DNA of 64,000 nt. It comes from Palleronia sp. GTDB lineage: Bacteria; Pseudomonadota; Alphaproteobacteria; Rhodobacterales; Rhodobacteraceae. Under the pieces are notes generated by a model. It did no database searches and was not told the origin of the DNA. It saw only the letters and a list, made by a program, of their open reading frames with translations. The position numbers were made by a program, and so were the translations under genes. Location of the stretch: positions 35,767 through 99,766 of the forward strand of contig NZ_JBELKF010000003.1 in the NCBI RefSeq assembly GCF_042089775.1, read 5' to 3'. Below are positions 18,993 through 27,733 of this stretch, in pieces (the first letter of the stretch is position 1; the number at the start of each line of letters is the position of its first letter).

Positions 18993-19460
18993 TCAGAGCC
19001 CCTCTTCGGCCTGACGCAGCTGCCGGGCGCGGGTCAGGATCGCATTCTCGACCGCCTGCGCGGTGGCGGCGTTGACGGGGCCGCTCTGCGTGGCCAGCGC
19101 CACGTTGAGCGACCGCGCCTCCAGCGCCGGATCCTGCACGTAGACGGTGGCGCGGTAGGCCTGCCCGCCTCCTGGCGGGCGACCGTAGCCGTAGGACATC
19201 ACGCCGGTGAACGGGTCGGCCGTCTCGAGCGGGAGGAAATCCAGAACCTCCTGCGAGGCGCGCCAGATGTACTTGTTCACCTCGACCGTCTGGTTGGGGT
19301 CGTCGACATTCAGGAACAGGTCGAAGACCGACTCGCGCTCTTCGACGTTGCGATCCAGAAGCTCCCGCTGCGCGAGATTGGCCTCACGATCCGCGCAGGC
19401 GGAAAGGACGGCGAGCAGGCAGGCCGTACCGGCAAGGCGGATCGTCGTGGGTGCGCGCAT
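18993..19460 (-). CDS. DUF3576 lipoprotein
   Basis: Internal Met of track ORF 18993..19523. The lipobox is LAVLSAC, and the conserved core reads NKYIWRASQEVLDFLPLETADPFTGVM. Confidence 0.65.
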   Translation of the reverse strand: MRAPTTIRLAGTACLLAVLSACADREANLAQRELLDRNVEERESVFDLFLNVDDPNQTVEVNKYIWRASQEVLDFLPLETADPFTGVMSYGYGRPPGGGQAYRATVYVQDPALEARSLNVALATQSGPVNAATAQAVENAILTRARQLRQAEEGL

Positions 19461-19523
19461 GGGTCCGTATCCCTCCTGGCGTGAACGTGCCTGTTGAGTA
19501 TCCGAGGCGCCGCTCGCGGGCAA

Positions 19524-19548
19524 GGAACCAAATCCCGGATGCTAAGTT
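19524..19548 (+). promoter_or_regulatory. candidate EcfG-type (general stress) promoter GGAAC-N16-AGTT
   Basis: GGAACcaaatcccggatgctaAGTT read directly. It is close to the alphaproteobacterial EcfG consensus GGAAC-N16/17-CGTT and lies about 190 nt upstream of the 87-aa secreted protein gene. Confidence 0.25.
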
Positions 19549-19739
19549 GAGCCTGCAAGCGATTTGAGAAACGGGAAAGATCGACGCGATCCTTCGCTGT
19601 TTTGTGGACGGCGATCTCGTCACCACCAAATTGCGAGTTTGCAGGGTGCCGCCTGCTAGGGCGGTATCTGCCCGAACCGTGCGAGTATCCGGCCCGATTG
19701 GGCCACGACAATTAGACAGTCGAAACGAAAGGAAGACTT

Positions 19740-20003
19740 ATGAAGCGTATCGCCACCCTCGCCGCCGCTGCCCTCGTTGCCGCTCCCGCTGCTTTCGCCG
19801 AGCAGCACATGGCCGAAGACGAAGGCATGAGCATGATGCAGCAGCGTCTCGAGAACGCGCTGGCCGATTGCCAGGCCAGCCTCGAAGAAGAAGATCTGAT
19901 GAACCTGACCCTGGCGCAAGTCTCGGGCATCATCATTCAGTCGAACTCGGCCGACAGCAATCAGGACAAGTGCCAGAAGATCGAAGCCCTGATCCAAGAC
20001 TGA
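19740..20003 (+). CDS. small secreted protein, unknown function
   Basis: Track ORF 19740..20003. It has a signal peptide (AAPAAFA-EQ), AAGGAAG upstream, two Cys residues, and is followed by a clean terminator. Confidence 0.6.
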   Translation: MKRIATLAAAALVAAPAAFAEQHMAEDEGMSMMQQRLENALADCQASLEEEDLMNLTLAQVSGIIIQSNSADSNQDKCQKIEALIQD

Positions 20004-20030
20004 TCGCGACATCTGCCTCGGCAGGATCAA

Positions 20031-20058
20031 GGGCCGCCTTTCCGAGGCGGCCCTTTTT
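20031..20058 (+). terminator. rho-independent terminator
   Basis: GGGCCGCC-loop-GGCGGCCC followed by TTTTT. Confidence 0.8.
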
Positions 20059-20125
20059 CCGTTCAGCCGGACCAGAATGCGGTGTGGCAAGGCTGCACCA
20101 ATCTGCGCCCTGATGACACCCGCCC

Positions 20126-20172
20126 TCCACGCTTGCTTGAGGCAAAGGGGGAAAAGCGTCATTCCACGCTTG
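20126..20172 (+). repeat. exact 10-bp direct repeat TCCACGCTTG (20126-20135 and 20163-20172) in porin promoter region
   Basis: Read directly. The start-to-start spacing is 37 bp, and the second copy ends 51 nt before the porin ATG. Confidence 0.5.
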
Positions 20173-20223
20173 TGCCCACGAGGTGACCACCCTTGGGGCT
20201 GAAAAGAGATCATGAGGGATACC

Positions 20224-21309
20224 ATGGAAAAGTTTCTGCTAGCCTCCACGGCTCTGGTCGCCTCGACGACCTTCGCCTTCGCTGAGGTGAACGTCTCGGG
20301 TACGGCCGAGATGGGTGTGTTCGGCGCCAGCGAAGACCTGTTCAACGATGAGTCCGACGATATCGAAGATGCGGACCTCCAGTTCCACACGGATATCGAC
20401 GTCATCTTCACCATGGCTGGTGAAACCGACGCCGGCCTGACGTTCGGCGCCGAAGTCGACCTGGACGATGTGATCAACGACAACACTGTCGAGACCGACA
20501 TCGTTCTGGACCGGAACGACGACGGCTTCATCACCGGCACCGGCACGAGCACCGGCCGCACTGTCTTCCCCGCGACGGACGATGACTCCGACGACGGCGG
20601 CATCGTGATCTTCGTGGACGGCGCCTACGGCCGCCTGACCATGGGCGACACCGACGGCGGCTTCGACTGGGCGCTGGAAGAAGCCATCATCGGTGGTTCG
20701 CTCCGTGACGACCACGAACATGCCGGCTACAATGGCAACTCGGGCCTCGACGGCACCTATGACGGCCAGATCGCCCGGTACGAGTACGCTTTCGGCGACT
20801 TCGCTGTCGCGGCTTCGGCTGAAATCGACGACGACGACGATGGCGAGGGCGATGACCCGGTCCTCGGCATCGGTGCTCGCTACTCCGGTGAGTTCGCCGG
20901 TGTCGCGTTCGGTGCCGGCGTCGGTTACCAGGGCGGTGCGGACGTTGCCGACGACGACGACCTTGTCGACAGCGCCGACGCTTCGGTCGCTGGTCTGAGC
21001 CTCTCGGCCAAGATGGACAACGGCTTCCAGGGTATCTTCAACTACTCGCACTACGATGATGACCTGGGCGGCGATGCTGACCACTACGGCGTGGCTCTCG
21101 GCTACGAGTTCGGCGCGTTCCTGATCGCTGCCAACTACGGCACGTTCGACGCCGACGACGAAGGCGCAGCAGATGCTGAAGGCTATGGCATCGTTGCGAA
21201 CTACGATCTGGGCGGCGGGGCCGAGCTGCAGGCCGGCTACGGCAACAACGATGTGGACGGCGACGAAGACTACTCGACCTACTCGTTCGGCATCGCGATG
21301 TCCTTCTGA
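20224..21309 (+). CDS. outer-membrane porin (Rhodobacter-type general porin), extremely acidic
   Basis: Track ORF 20212..21309. The ATG at 20224 follows GAGGGA. It has a signal peptide ending FAFA-EV and a mature start EVNVSGTAEMGV like Rhodobacter porins. Beta-strand periodicity is visible and the C-terminus is IAMSF. Confidence 0.85.
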   Translation: MEKFLLASTALVASTTFAFAEVNVSGTAEMGVFGASEDLFNDESDDIEDADLQFHTDIDVIFTMAGETDAGLTFGAEVDLDDVINDNTVETDIVLDRNDDGFITGTGTSTGRTVFPATDDDSDDGGIVIFVDGAYGRLTMGDTDGGFDWALEEAIIGGSLRDDHEHAGYNGNSGLDGTYDGQIARYEYAFGDFAVAASAEIDDDDDGEGDDPVLGIGARYSGEFAGVAFGAGVGYQGGADVADDDDLVDSADASVAGLSLSAKMDNGFQGIFNYSHYDDDLGGDADHYGVALGYEFGAFLIAANYGTFDADDEGAADAEGYGIVANYDLGGGAELQAGYGNNDVDGDEDYSTYSFGIAMSF

Positions 21310-21334
21310 TCCAACCGGATCGGATGCAAGGATC

Positions 21335-21365
21335 GGGCGGCTCTTCGGAGCCGCCCTTTTCTTTT
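21335..21365 (+). terminator. rho-independent terminator
   Basis: GGGCGGCTC-TTCG-GAGCCGCCC followed by TTTTCTTTT. Confidence 0.85.
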
Positions 21366-21408
21366 GTGCGCCTCTTGGGCAAAACCAGCGCCGATAGGAG
21401 GATCGCCC

Positions 21409-22062
21409 ATGTCCCTTGCCGAGATCCGTCAGCGCGCCGAGACTGCCGCCGAGAAAGCCGGCCGCTCTGTGCAGGAGATCGAGCTGGTCGCCGTCTCGAA
21501 AAAGCAGCCTGACGAACGGGTCGAGGCTTTGCTGGACGAAGGCCACCGTGTCTTCGGCGAGAACCGCGTGCAGGAGGCGCAGGGCAAGTGGCCCGGCTTC
21601 CGTGAGCGGTTCGGAGATGTGCGGCTTCATCTCATCGGGCCGTTGCAGACCAACAAGGCCCGCGCTGCGATGGAGCTGTTCGACGTGATCCAGGTGCTCG
21701 ACCGGCCGAAGCTTGCGACCGCGCTGGCGCGCCTGGCACAAGAGATTGGGCAGTGCCCCGACCTCTACGTCCAGGTCAATACGGGGGAGGAGGACCAGAA
21801 GGCCGGCATCTCCCCGCGCGAGACCGACGCCTTCGTCGCCGAATGCCGCAAGATGGACCTGCCGATCCGCGGCCTGATGTGCATCCCGCCCTTGGATGAA
21901 GAGCCGAGCCTGCACTTCGCCCTGCTGCGCAAGATCGCCGGGCGGAACGGGCTCGACGGACTGTCGATGGGGATGAGCGCTGACTTCGAGAAGGCGATCG
22001 CCCAGGGCGCGACCTGCATCCGCGTGGGCTCGGCCATCTTCGGCAAGCGGCCCGCGCCCTAG
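21409..22062 (+). CDS. yggS: YggS family pyridoxal-phosphate homeostasis protein
   Basis: Internal ATG of track ORF 21364..22062, preceded by AGGAGG. It carries LVAVSKKQP (PLP Lys), FGENRVQE, and SMGMSADFEKAI...VGSAIFG. Confidence 0.9.
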   Translation: MSLAEIRQRAETAAEKAGRSVQEIELVAVSKKQPDERVEALLDEGHRVFGENRVQEAQGKWPGFRERFGDVRLHLIGPLQTNKARAAMELFDVIQVLDRPKLATALARLAQEIGQCPDLYVQVNTGEEDQKAGISPRETDAFVAECRKMDLPIRGLMCIPPLDEEPSLHFALLRKIAGRNGLDGLSMGMSADFEKAIAQGATCIRVGSAIFGKRPAP

Positions 22063-22550
22063 ACGATCAGCCGCGTGTCAGGCGTCAGGCGCCCGGCAAC
22101 CCACGCAAGGTCCGCCGGTTCCATTGCGACGCAGCCCTCGGTCGGGTAGCCGGGGCGACGCCAGCGGTGCAGGAAGATCGCCGACCCGCGGCCCGGCACC
22201 GCATCGGGCCAGTTCCAGTCGGTCAGGATCACCAGATCATACAGCGGATCGGCCCGCCGCAACCGCTCGTGGCTGAAAGGCGAGGGGCCTCGTGACATCC
22301 GGTTGTAGCGGGGGTCCGTCGGATCGTCCGACCAGATGTCCTGCAGCCCGATCGGGATCGCCCACGGCACCGGCGGAGCGACGCGATCCGGACGATAGAG
22401 TACGCCCGCAAGCCGGTGCATGCCGCTTGGCGTCGCACCGTCGCCTTCTTGCTTGTCGTCGGTGATGCCGCCGCGGCCGATGGTGCAGGGGATGCGGCGG
22501 CCGCCAAGGCGGAGGCCGGCTGGCGTAAGGACCAGGTCGTGCGGTGTCAT
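22059..22550 (-). CDS. L,D-transpeptidase (YkuD) domain protein
   Basis: Track ORF 22059..22550. The catalytic His...Cys context is GSAIFLHRW...PTEGCVAM. No signal peptide is evident. Confidence 0.75.
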   Translation of the reverse strand: MTPHDLVLTPAGLRLGGRRIPCTIGRGGITDDKQEGDGATPSGMHRLAGVLYRPDRVAPPVPWAIPIGLQDIWSDDPTDPRYNRMSRGPSPFSHERLRRADPLYDLVILTDWNWPDAVPGRGSAIFLHRWRRPGYPTEGCVAMEPADLAWVAGRLTPDTRLIV

Positions 22551-23617
22551 GTCATGTGCCCCGATTTCTCGGATTTGATGCGAAGGTAGTCGCGGTTGAA
22601 GCGCGTCTCGCCGACCCAGAGGGGTACACGCTCGACGACTTCGATGCCCTTGGCCTGAAGCTGCGCGACCTTGCGGGGATTGTTCGTCATCAGGCGCACC
22701 TGCCCGACACCCATCTCGCGCAGAAGGGACGCGCCCAGCCCGAAGTCGCGTTCGTCATCGTCGAAGCCCAGGCGATGGTTCGCCTCGACCGTGTCGAATC
22801 CTTGGTCCTGCAGCGCGTAGGCCCGCATCTTGTTGGCGAGGCCGATGCCGCGCCCCTCCTGGTTCAGATACAGAAGGATGCCGCTTCCGGCGGCGGCCAT
22901 GGCTTCGAGCGCCGTATTCAGTTGCGGTCCGCAGTCGCACTTCAGCGAGCCGAGCACGTCCCCGGTGAAGCAGGCCGAGTGAAGCCGCGCCAGCACGGGC
23001 TTGCTGCGGTCGGGGCGGCCGATCTCGACCGCGTAATGCTCTTCGCTACCGTCGTCGGGGCGGAAGATGTGCAGCCGCGTGTCGGTGGTGGCCGCGACCG
23101 GCAGGCGGGCGTTGACCACCGATGACAGCCTTGCAGGGGTCTGCGGAGCGATCGCTTCGAGGGGCAGGCGGGTCAGCACGGAAGGGGCCTGCGCCACGGG
23201 CCGCACGACAACCGCCGGCAGGACTCGCGCCGATTTCGCCAGGGCGAGGCCGGCGCGTGCCAAAGTGGCCGATCCCTCGCGCCGCGCGTTGAAGGGGCCC
23301 TTGAGCGGCGTCGACAGATCCTCGGCCGGGTCGATCATCGCCTGCAGATCGCCGGGTCTCAGGTCGGGCGACAGGGGCAGACGGACGAGGTCGCCGTCAT
23401 AGAGGCGGATCTTCAGCGTCTCGGCCCGGCGGTGGGTCAGCGCGAGTTCGGCCGTTCCGTCCGCGATCATCGCCGAAAGGCGCGGTGCCGACAGCGCCTC
23501 GGCCGCGGCGACGAGCGCGCGGATGTCGCCATCATCGACCACGACGGGCAGGCCCATGCGCAAGTCGGCGCGGGCACGAGCGACGAGTTCGGGCAGAGAG
23601 GGGACAAACGCATCCAT
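22547..23617 (-). CDS. ribA: GTP cyclohydrolase II with N-terminal extension
   Basis: Track ORF 22547..23617. It carries HSACFTGDVLGSLKCDCGPQL, YLNQEGRGIGLANK and RDFG motifs. Confidence 0.85.
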   Translation of the reverse strand: MDAFVPSLPELVARARADLRMGLPVVVDDGDIRALVAAAEALSAPRLSAMIADGTAELALTHRRAETLKIRLYDGDLVRLPLSPDLRPGDLQAMIDPAEDLSTPLKGPFNARREGSATLARAGLALAKSARVLPAVVVRPVAQAPSVLTRLPLEAIAPQTPARLSSVVNARLPVAATTDTRLHIFRPDDGSEEHYAVEIGRPDRSKPVLARLHSACFTGDVLGSLKCDCGPQLNTALEAMAAAGSGILLYLNQEGRGIGLANKMRAYALQDQGFDTVEANHRLGFDDDERDFGLGASLLREMGVGQVRLMTNNPRKVAQLQAKGIEVVERVPLWVGETRFNRDYLRIKSEKSGHMT

Positions 23618-23757
23618 TGCGCCGGGAATAGGATGCGCCGCCGTAAAAGTGAATTGGAACCGACGCTTCTCATAACGCTCGCGTGAGTCTTTGTCGCAGA
23701 CCTTGAGCGCCCTGAACCACGTTCACATTTGCGCGTTGTGTCCCCACGGAGGGTAAG

Positions 23758-24444
23758 ATGAGCCAACTTAAGAAAATTCTGCTGGTCGATGACGACGACG
23801 ACCTGCGCGAGGCACTGAGCGAGCAGCTGGTGATGACCGAGGACTTCGACGTGTTCGAAGCCGATTCGGCCGCACACGCGATGGAGCGGGCCCGGTCCGA
23901 TCTTTATGACCTCGTTATCCTCGATGTCGGCCTGCCCGACAGTGATGGTCGCGAACTGTGCAAGCTGATGCGTCGTCAGGGTGTCAAGTGTCCGATCATC
24001 ATGCTGACCGGCCATGACAGTGACGCCGACACGATCCTCGGCCTCGACGCTGGCGCGAACGACTATGTGACCAAGCCGTTCAAGTTCCCGGTCCTTTTGG
24101 CCCGGATTCGTGCCCAGCTGCGCCAGCACGAGCAGTCCGAAGACGCGATCTTTCAACTCGGCCCGTATTCCTTTCGGCCTGCGCAGAAGACGCTGGTGGA
24201 CGAGGCAGATCGCAAGATCCGTCTGACCGAGAAGGAAACGAACATTCTCAAGTTCCTCTACCGCGCGCCCGACGGCGTCGTGCCGCGGGACGTGCTGCTG
24301 CACGAGGTCTGGGGCTACAACGCCGGCGTGACGACTCACACGCTGGAGACTCACATCTACCGCCTGCGCCAGAAGATCGAGCCCGACCCTTCGAACGCGC
24401 GGCTGTTGGTGACGGAAACCGGCGGCTACCGCCTGTCGATCTGA
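23758..24444 (+). CDS. cenR: OmpR-family response regulator, CenR-like
   Basis: Track ORF 23758..24444. The receiver domain has DDDDD...D...K. FKFPVLLARIRAQLRQHEQSEDA, IRLTEKETNILKFLY and EVWGYNAGVTTHTLETHIYRLRQKIEPDPSNARLLVTETGGYRL match my recollection of CenR orthologues. Confidence 0.7.
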   Translation: MSQLKKILLVDDDDDLREALSEQLVMTEDFDVFEADSAAHAMERARSDLYDLVILDVGLPDSDGRELCKLMRRQGVKCPIIMLTGHDSDADTILGLDAGANDYVTKPFKFPVLLARIRAQLRQHEQSEDAIFQLGPYSFRPAQKTLVDEADRKIRLTEKETNILKFLYRAPDGVVPRDVLLHEVWGYNAGVTTHTLETHIYRLRQKIEPDPSNARLLVTETGGYRLSI

Positions 24445-24470
24445 AAAAGGGGCCGGCAGGCCCCTTTCTT
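24444..24470. terminator. bidirectional hairpin terminator
   Basis: AAAAA-GGGGCC-GGCA-GGCCCC-TTTCTT lies between the convergent cenR gene and the secreted protein gene. Confidence 0.75.
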
Positions 24471-24988
24471 CACGATTCCGGGTCGTCGGCCTCCTCGGCC
24501 CGGATGATCGTGGCCTGAATGTCGGCCGACAGAGTGGTGCCTTCTTCGGCGACCACTGTGACGTCCTCTTCGCCAGCACTCAGCGTGGCGCGGATATTGC
24601 CCGTGAAAAGCAGCGAATCGCCTGAGACCTCAAGGTTGTCGAGGTCGAGATTGATCGCCTCGTCCGAGGCTGTCAGTGTCTTGCCGTCGCGGTTCAAGGC
24701 CATTTCGCCGCGCAGCAGCTCGGGGTTCCGGCTCGCGGTCTCGGCGGTGAAGGTGAAGGTCACCTCGTTGGCATCGTTCATCGGGCTGTCGGCGGGGTAG
24801 GCGACAAGCATGACCTCGATTCCCTCTTCCATCTCGCGCCAGCCGGTACGGGCATCGGCGCCGTCCGCGATGACGTAGGCCACCTGAACCCCGTCGAGGG
24901 TGCCGCTCATGGCGCCTACGGTGGCGGGATCCTGGGCGAGGGCCGGAAGTGGCAGGGCAAGGGCGAGGGCGGTCAGCGCGTGGCGCAT
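24470..24988 (-). CDS. secreted acidic protein, unknown function
   Basis: Track ORF 24470..24988. It has a signal peptide (ALALPLPALA-QD). No motif recognised. Confidence 0.6.
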   Translation of the reverse strand: MRHALTALALALPLPALAQDPATVGAMSGTLDGVQVAYVIADGADARTGWREMEEGIEVMLVAYPADSPMNDANEVTFTFTAETASRNPELLRGEMALNRDGKTLTASDEAINLDLDNLEVSGDSLLFTGNIRATLSAGEEDVTVVAEEGTTLSADIQATIIRAEEADDPES

Positions 24989-25103
24989 TGGGGTCTCCTT
25001 TTTCGCTTGGTCCGGGAACCAACATCCGGCCCGGCCCGGCGTTCCGGTGACAAGCGGTCACGTCGGGGATAGGAGGAAGCCCGCGGCGCCCTGAGGAGAG
25101 AAA

Positions 25104-25886
25104 ATGCCCTTCACCATCTGCACCTGGAACATCAACTCCGTCCGCCTGCGCGCGGCCCTCGTCGAGCGCCTGCTGCGCGAGGAAGCGCCCGACGTCCTGT
25201 GCCTGCAGGAGTGCAAGTCTCCGGTCGAAAAGGTGCCCTCGTTCGAAGGGCTCGGATACCCTCACATCGTGGCGCGGGGGCAAAAGGGCTACAACGGCGT
25301 CGCGATCCTGTCGAAGCGGCCGATCGAGGAGGTCAGTGCCTTCGACCACGCCGATCTCGGCCACGCGCGCCACGTTTCGGCCCGGCTCGAGAACGGTGTG
25401 GTGGTGCACAACTACTATGTCCCCGCCGGCGGCGATGTGCCGGACCGCGAGGTGAACGAAAAGTTCGGCCAGAAGCTCGACTACCTGACCGCCATGCGCG
25501 ACGCCTTTCGCGCCGAGCGTCCCGAGCGGTCGATCCTCGTGGGCGACCTGAACATCGCGCCCCGCGAAGACGACGTCTGGTCGCACAAGCAGCTCCTGAA
25601 GGTCGTCAGCCACACGCCGGTCGAGGTCGCGCAACTGGCCGAGACGCAGGAGGCCGGCGGCTGGGCGGACGTCACCCGCGCCGACATCCCCGACGGCAAG
25701 CTCTATTCCTGGTGGTCGTACCGTGCCAAGGATTGGGATGCGGCCGACAAGGGACGCCGGCTGGACCACGTCTGGGCCTCGGCCGACATCGCCAACGCCG
25801 CGCATTCCAGCCGCGTCCTGCGCGATGCCCGCGGGTGGGAGAAGCCGTCGGACCACGTGCCTGTCTTCGCCACCTTCGACCTCTGA
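25104..25886 (+). CDS. xthA: exodeoxyribonuclease III
   Basis: Track ORF 25104..25886. It carries ICTWNINSVR, LCLQE, GDLNIAPRE, RLDHVW and SDHVPV motifs. Confidence 0.9.
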   Translation: MPFTICTWNINSVRLRAALVERLLREEAPDVLCLQECKSPVEKVPSFEGLGYPHIVARGQKGYNGVAILSKRPIEEVSAFDHADLGHARHVSARLENGVVVHNYYVPAGGDVPDREVNEKFGQKLDYLTAMRDAFRAERPERSILVGDLNIAPREDDVWSHKQLLKVVSHTPVEVAQLAETQEAGGWADVTRADIPDGKLYSWWSYRAKDWDAADKGRRLDHVWASADIANAAHSSRVLRDARGWEKPSDHVPVFATFDL

Positions 25887-25953
25887 AGGCTTGCGTAACG
25901 GGTCCGCGCGGCCCATTTCAGGCGCAACGCACGAAATCGCGAGGGGAACGGAC

Positions 25954-26877
25954 ATGGTGATCGATCTGATGGGCGGGCAGCCGCAGCCCGGGGGCGACGA
26001 CCTCATCAAGGACACGACCGAGGCGACCTTCATGGCCGACGTTGTCGAGGCCAGCCAGGAGGTCCCGGTGATCGTCGACTTCTGGGCGCCGTGGTGCGGC
26101 CCCTGCAAGACCTTGGGCCCGATGCTCGAGGACGCCGTGCGCGCCGCCAAGGGTGCGGTCAAGATGGTGAAGGTCGACGTGGACCAGGCCCAGCAGATCG
26201 CGGCGCAGCTTCGTATCCAGTCAATCCCGACCGTCTATGCCTTCTACAAGGGCCAGCCCGTCGACGGTTTCCAGGGCGCCGTACCGCAATCCGAGATCAA
26301 GGCCTTCGTCGACCGCCTGATCGCCCAGGCCGGCGGTGACGCCCCTGATGGTGGGCTGGATGAGGCCGTCGCCGCGGCCGAAGAGATGCTGGAGCAGGGG
26401 GCGGCCACCGATGCCGCTCAGACCTTCGCCGCGATCCTGGGCGAAGAGCCGAACCACCCCGCCGCCTATGCCGGCCTCGTCCGCGCCCACATCGCAATGG
26501 GCGACCTCGACCAGGCCGAGGCGATCCTGAACGGCGCCGACGCCTCGATCGCCAAGGCCCCCGAGCTCGACGCCGCGCACGCGCAGCTTGAGCTTGCCAA
26601 GCAGGGCGCCGCGGCCGGGCCGGTGGACGAGCTGACTGCCAAGGTCGAGGCCAATCCCGACGACCACCAGGCGCGCTTCGACCTGGCTCAGGCGCTGCAT
26701 GCGAAGGGCCGGACGGAAGAGGCGGTGGATCAGCTTCTCGAACTCTTCCGCCGCGATCGCGAATGGAACGAGGGGGCCGCGCGGGCGCAGCTCATCACGA
26801 TCTTCGATGCGCTGCCGGCCAAGGACCCGGTCGCGCTGAAGGGCAGGCGTCGCCTGTCGTCGATGATATTTGCCTGA
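25954..26877 (+). CDS. thioredoxin-domain plus TPR co-chaperone (YbbN-like)
   Basis: Internal ATG of track ORF 25723..26877. It has VDFWAPWCGPCK followed by a TPR-like C-terminal half. Confidence 0.85.
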   Translation: MVIDLMGGQPQPGGDDLIKDTTEATFMADVVEASQEVPVIVDFWAPWCGPCKTLGPMLEDAVRAAKGAVKMVKVDVDQAQQIAAQLRIQSIPTVYAFYKGQPVDGFQGAVPQSEIKAFVDRLIAQAGGDAPDGGLDEAVAAAEEMLEQGAATDAAQTFAAILGEEPNHPAAYAGLVRAHIAMGDLDQAEAILNGADASIAKAPELDAAHAQLELAKQGAAAGPVDELTAKVEANPDDHQARFDLAQALHAKGRTEEAVDQLLELFRRDREWNEGAARAQLITIFDALPAKDPVALKGRRRLSSMIFA

Positions 26878-26921
26878 TACGGCGTTTGCCTGGGGCGGGG
26901 GGGCGGACTACCTGCCCCTTC

Positions 26922-27560
26922 ATGCTCCATCCCGCGGATCTTCCTCAGACTATTCCGATCTTTCCCCTGCCGGGCGCGCTGCTTCTGCCCCGGGGACGAT
27001 TGCCGCTGCACATCTTCGAACCGCGCTACCTGGCGATGGTGGAGGATTGCATGAAAACCTCTCACCGGCTGATCGGCATGGTCCAGCCCCGCGAAGTTCC
27101 CGCCGGTGAGCCGCGCCTGCAAAGCATTGGCTGCGCCGGTCGCCTGACCGGGCTGAGCGAGACCGAGGACGGTCGCTACATGATCACCCTTTCGGGCATC
27201 TCGCGCTTCCGCATCCGCGAAGAGGTCGAGGGGTTCACGCCCTACCGGACGTGCGACGTGGCGTGGGAGGGATTCGAGCGGGACCTCGGCGCGTCTGAGA
27301 AGGACCCGCAGCTTGACCGCAAGCGGTTCCTGGGCCTGCTCGGTCGCTATTTCCAGGCCGAAGAGCTGAAGACCGACTGGGAATCGCTGGGCGAGGCAGA
27401 GGACGAGCTTCTGATCAACGCGCTGTCGATGCTCTGCCCGTTCGAGCCCGAGGACAAGCAGGCGCTGCTCGAGGCGCCGACGCTCGAGACACGGCGCGAG
27501 ACGCTAGTGACCCTGATCGAATTCGCCCTTGCGGGCGGCGGCGACGAGAGGCTGCAATGA
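26922..27560 (+). CDS. LON N-terminal (substrate-binding) domain protein
   Basis: Internal ATG of track ORF 26763..27560. [30 protein letters not shown] is the Lon-N hallmark. Confidence 0.8.
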   Translation: MLHPADLPQTIPIFPLPGALLLPRGRLPLHIFEPRYLAMVEDCMKTSHRLIGMVQPREVPAGEPRLQSIGCAGRLTGLSETEDGRYMITLSGISRFRIREEVEGFTPYRTCDVAWEGFERDLGASEKDPQLDRKRFLGLLGRYFQAEELKTDWESLGEAEDELLINALSMLCPFEPEDKQALLEAPTLETRRETLVTLIEFALAGGGDERLQ

Positions 27561-27730
27561 GCGCCGACCGTAAGATGCTGGAATCGCTGGTCTGCCCCCA
27601 GACCCACGCCATGCTGAGCTACGATGCCGAGCGGCAGGAGCTGATCTCGAAGGCGGCGAACCTTGCCTACCCGATCCGCGAGGGCATTCCGATCATGCTG
27701 CGCGACGAGGCACGGGTTCTGGATGACTGA
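27557..27730 (+). CDS. Trm112/YcaR-like small protein (57 aa)
   Basis: Hand translation ([57 protein letters not shown]); below the track cutoff. The ATG overlaps the upstream stop (ATGA). [11 protein letters not shown] is the family signature. Confidence 0.75.
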   Translation: MSADRKMLESLVCPQTHAMLSYDAERQELISKAANLAYPIREGIPIMLRDEARVLDD

Positions 27731-27733
27731 GGC

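Noticed and set aside
23618-23757. Possible FMN riboswitch upstream of ribA.
   Set aside because: The 140-bp region is shared with the divergent cenR-like gene, and I could not recognise the conserved FMN-element core sequences. A covariance-model scan would be decisive.
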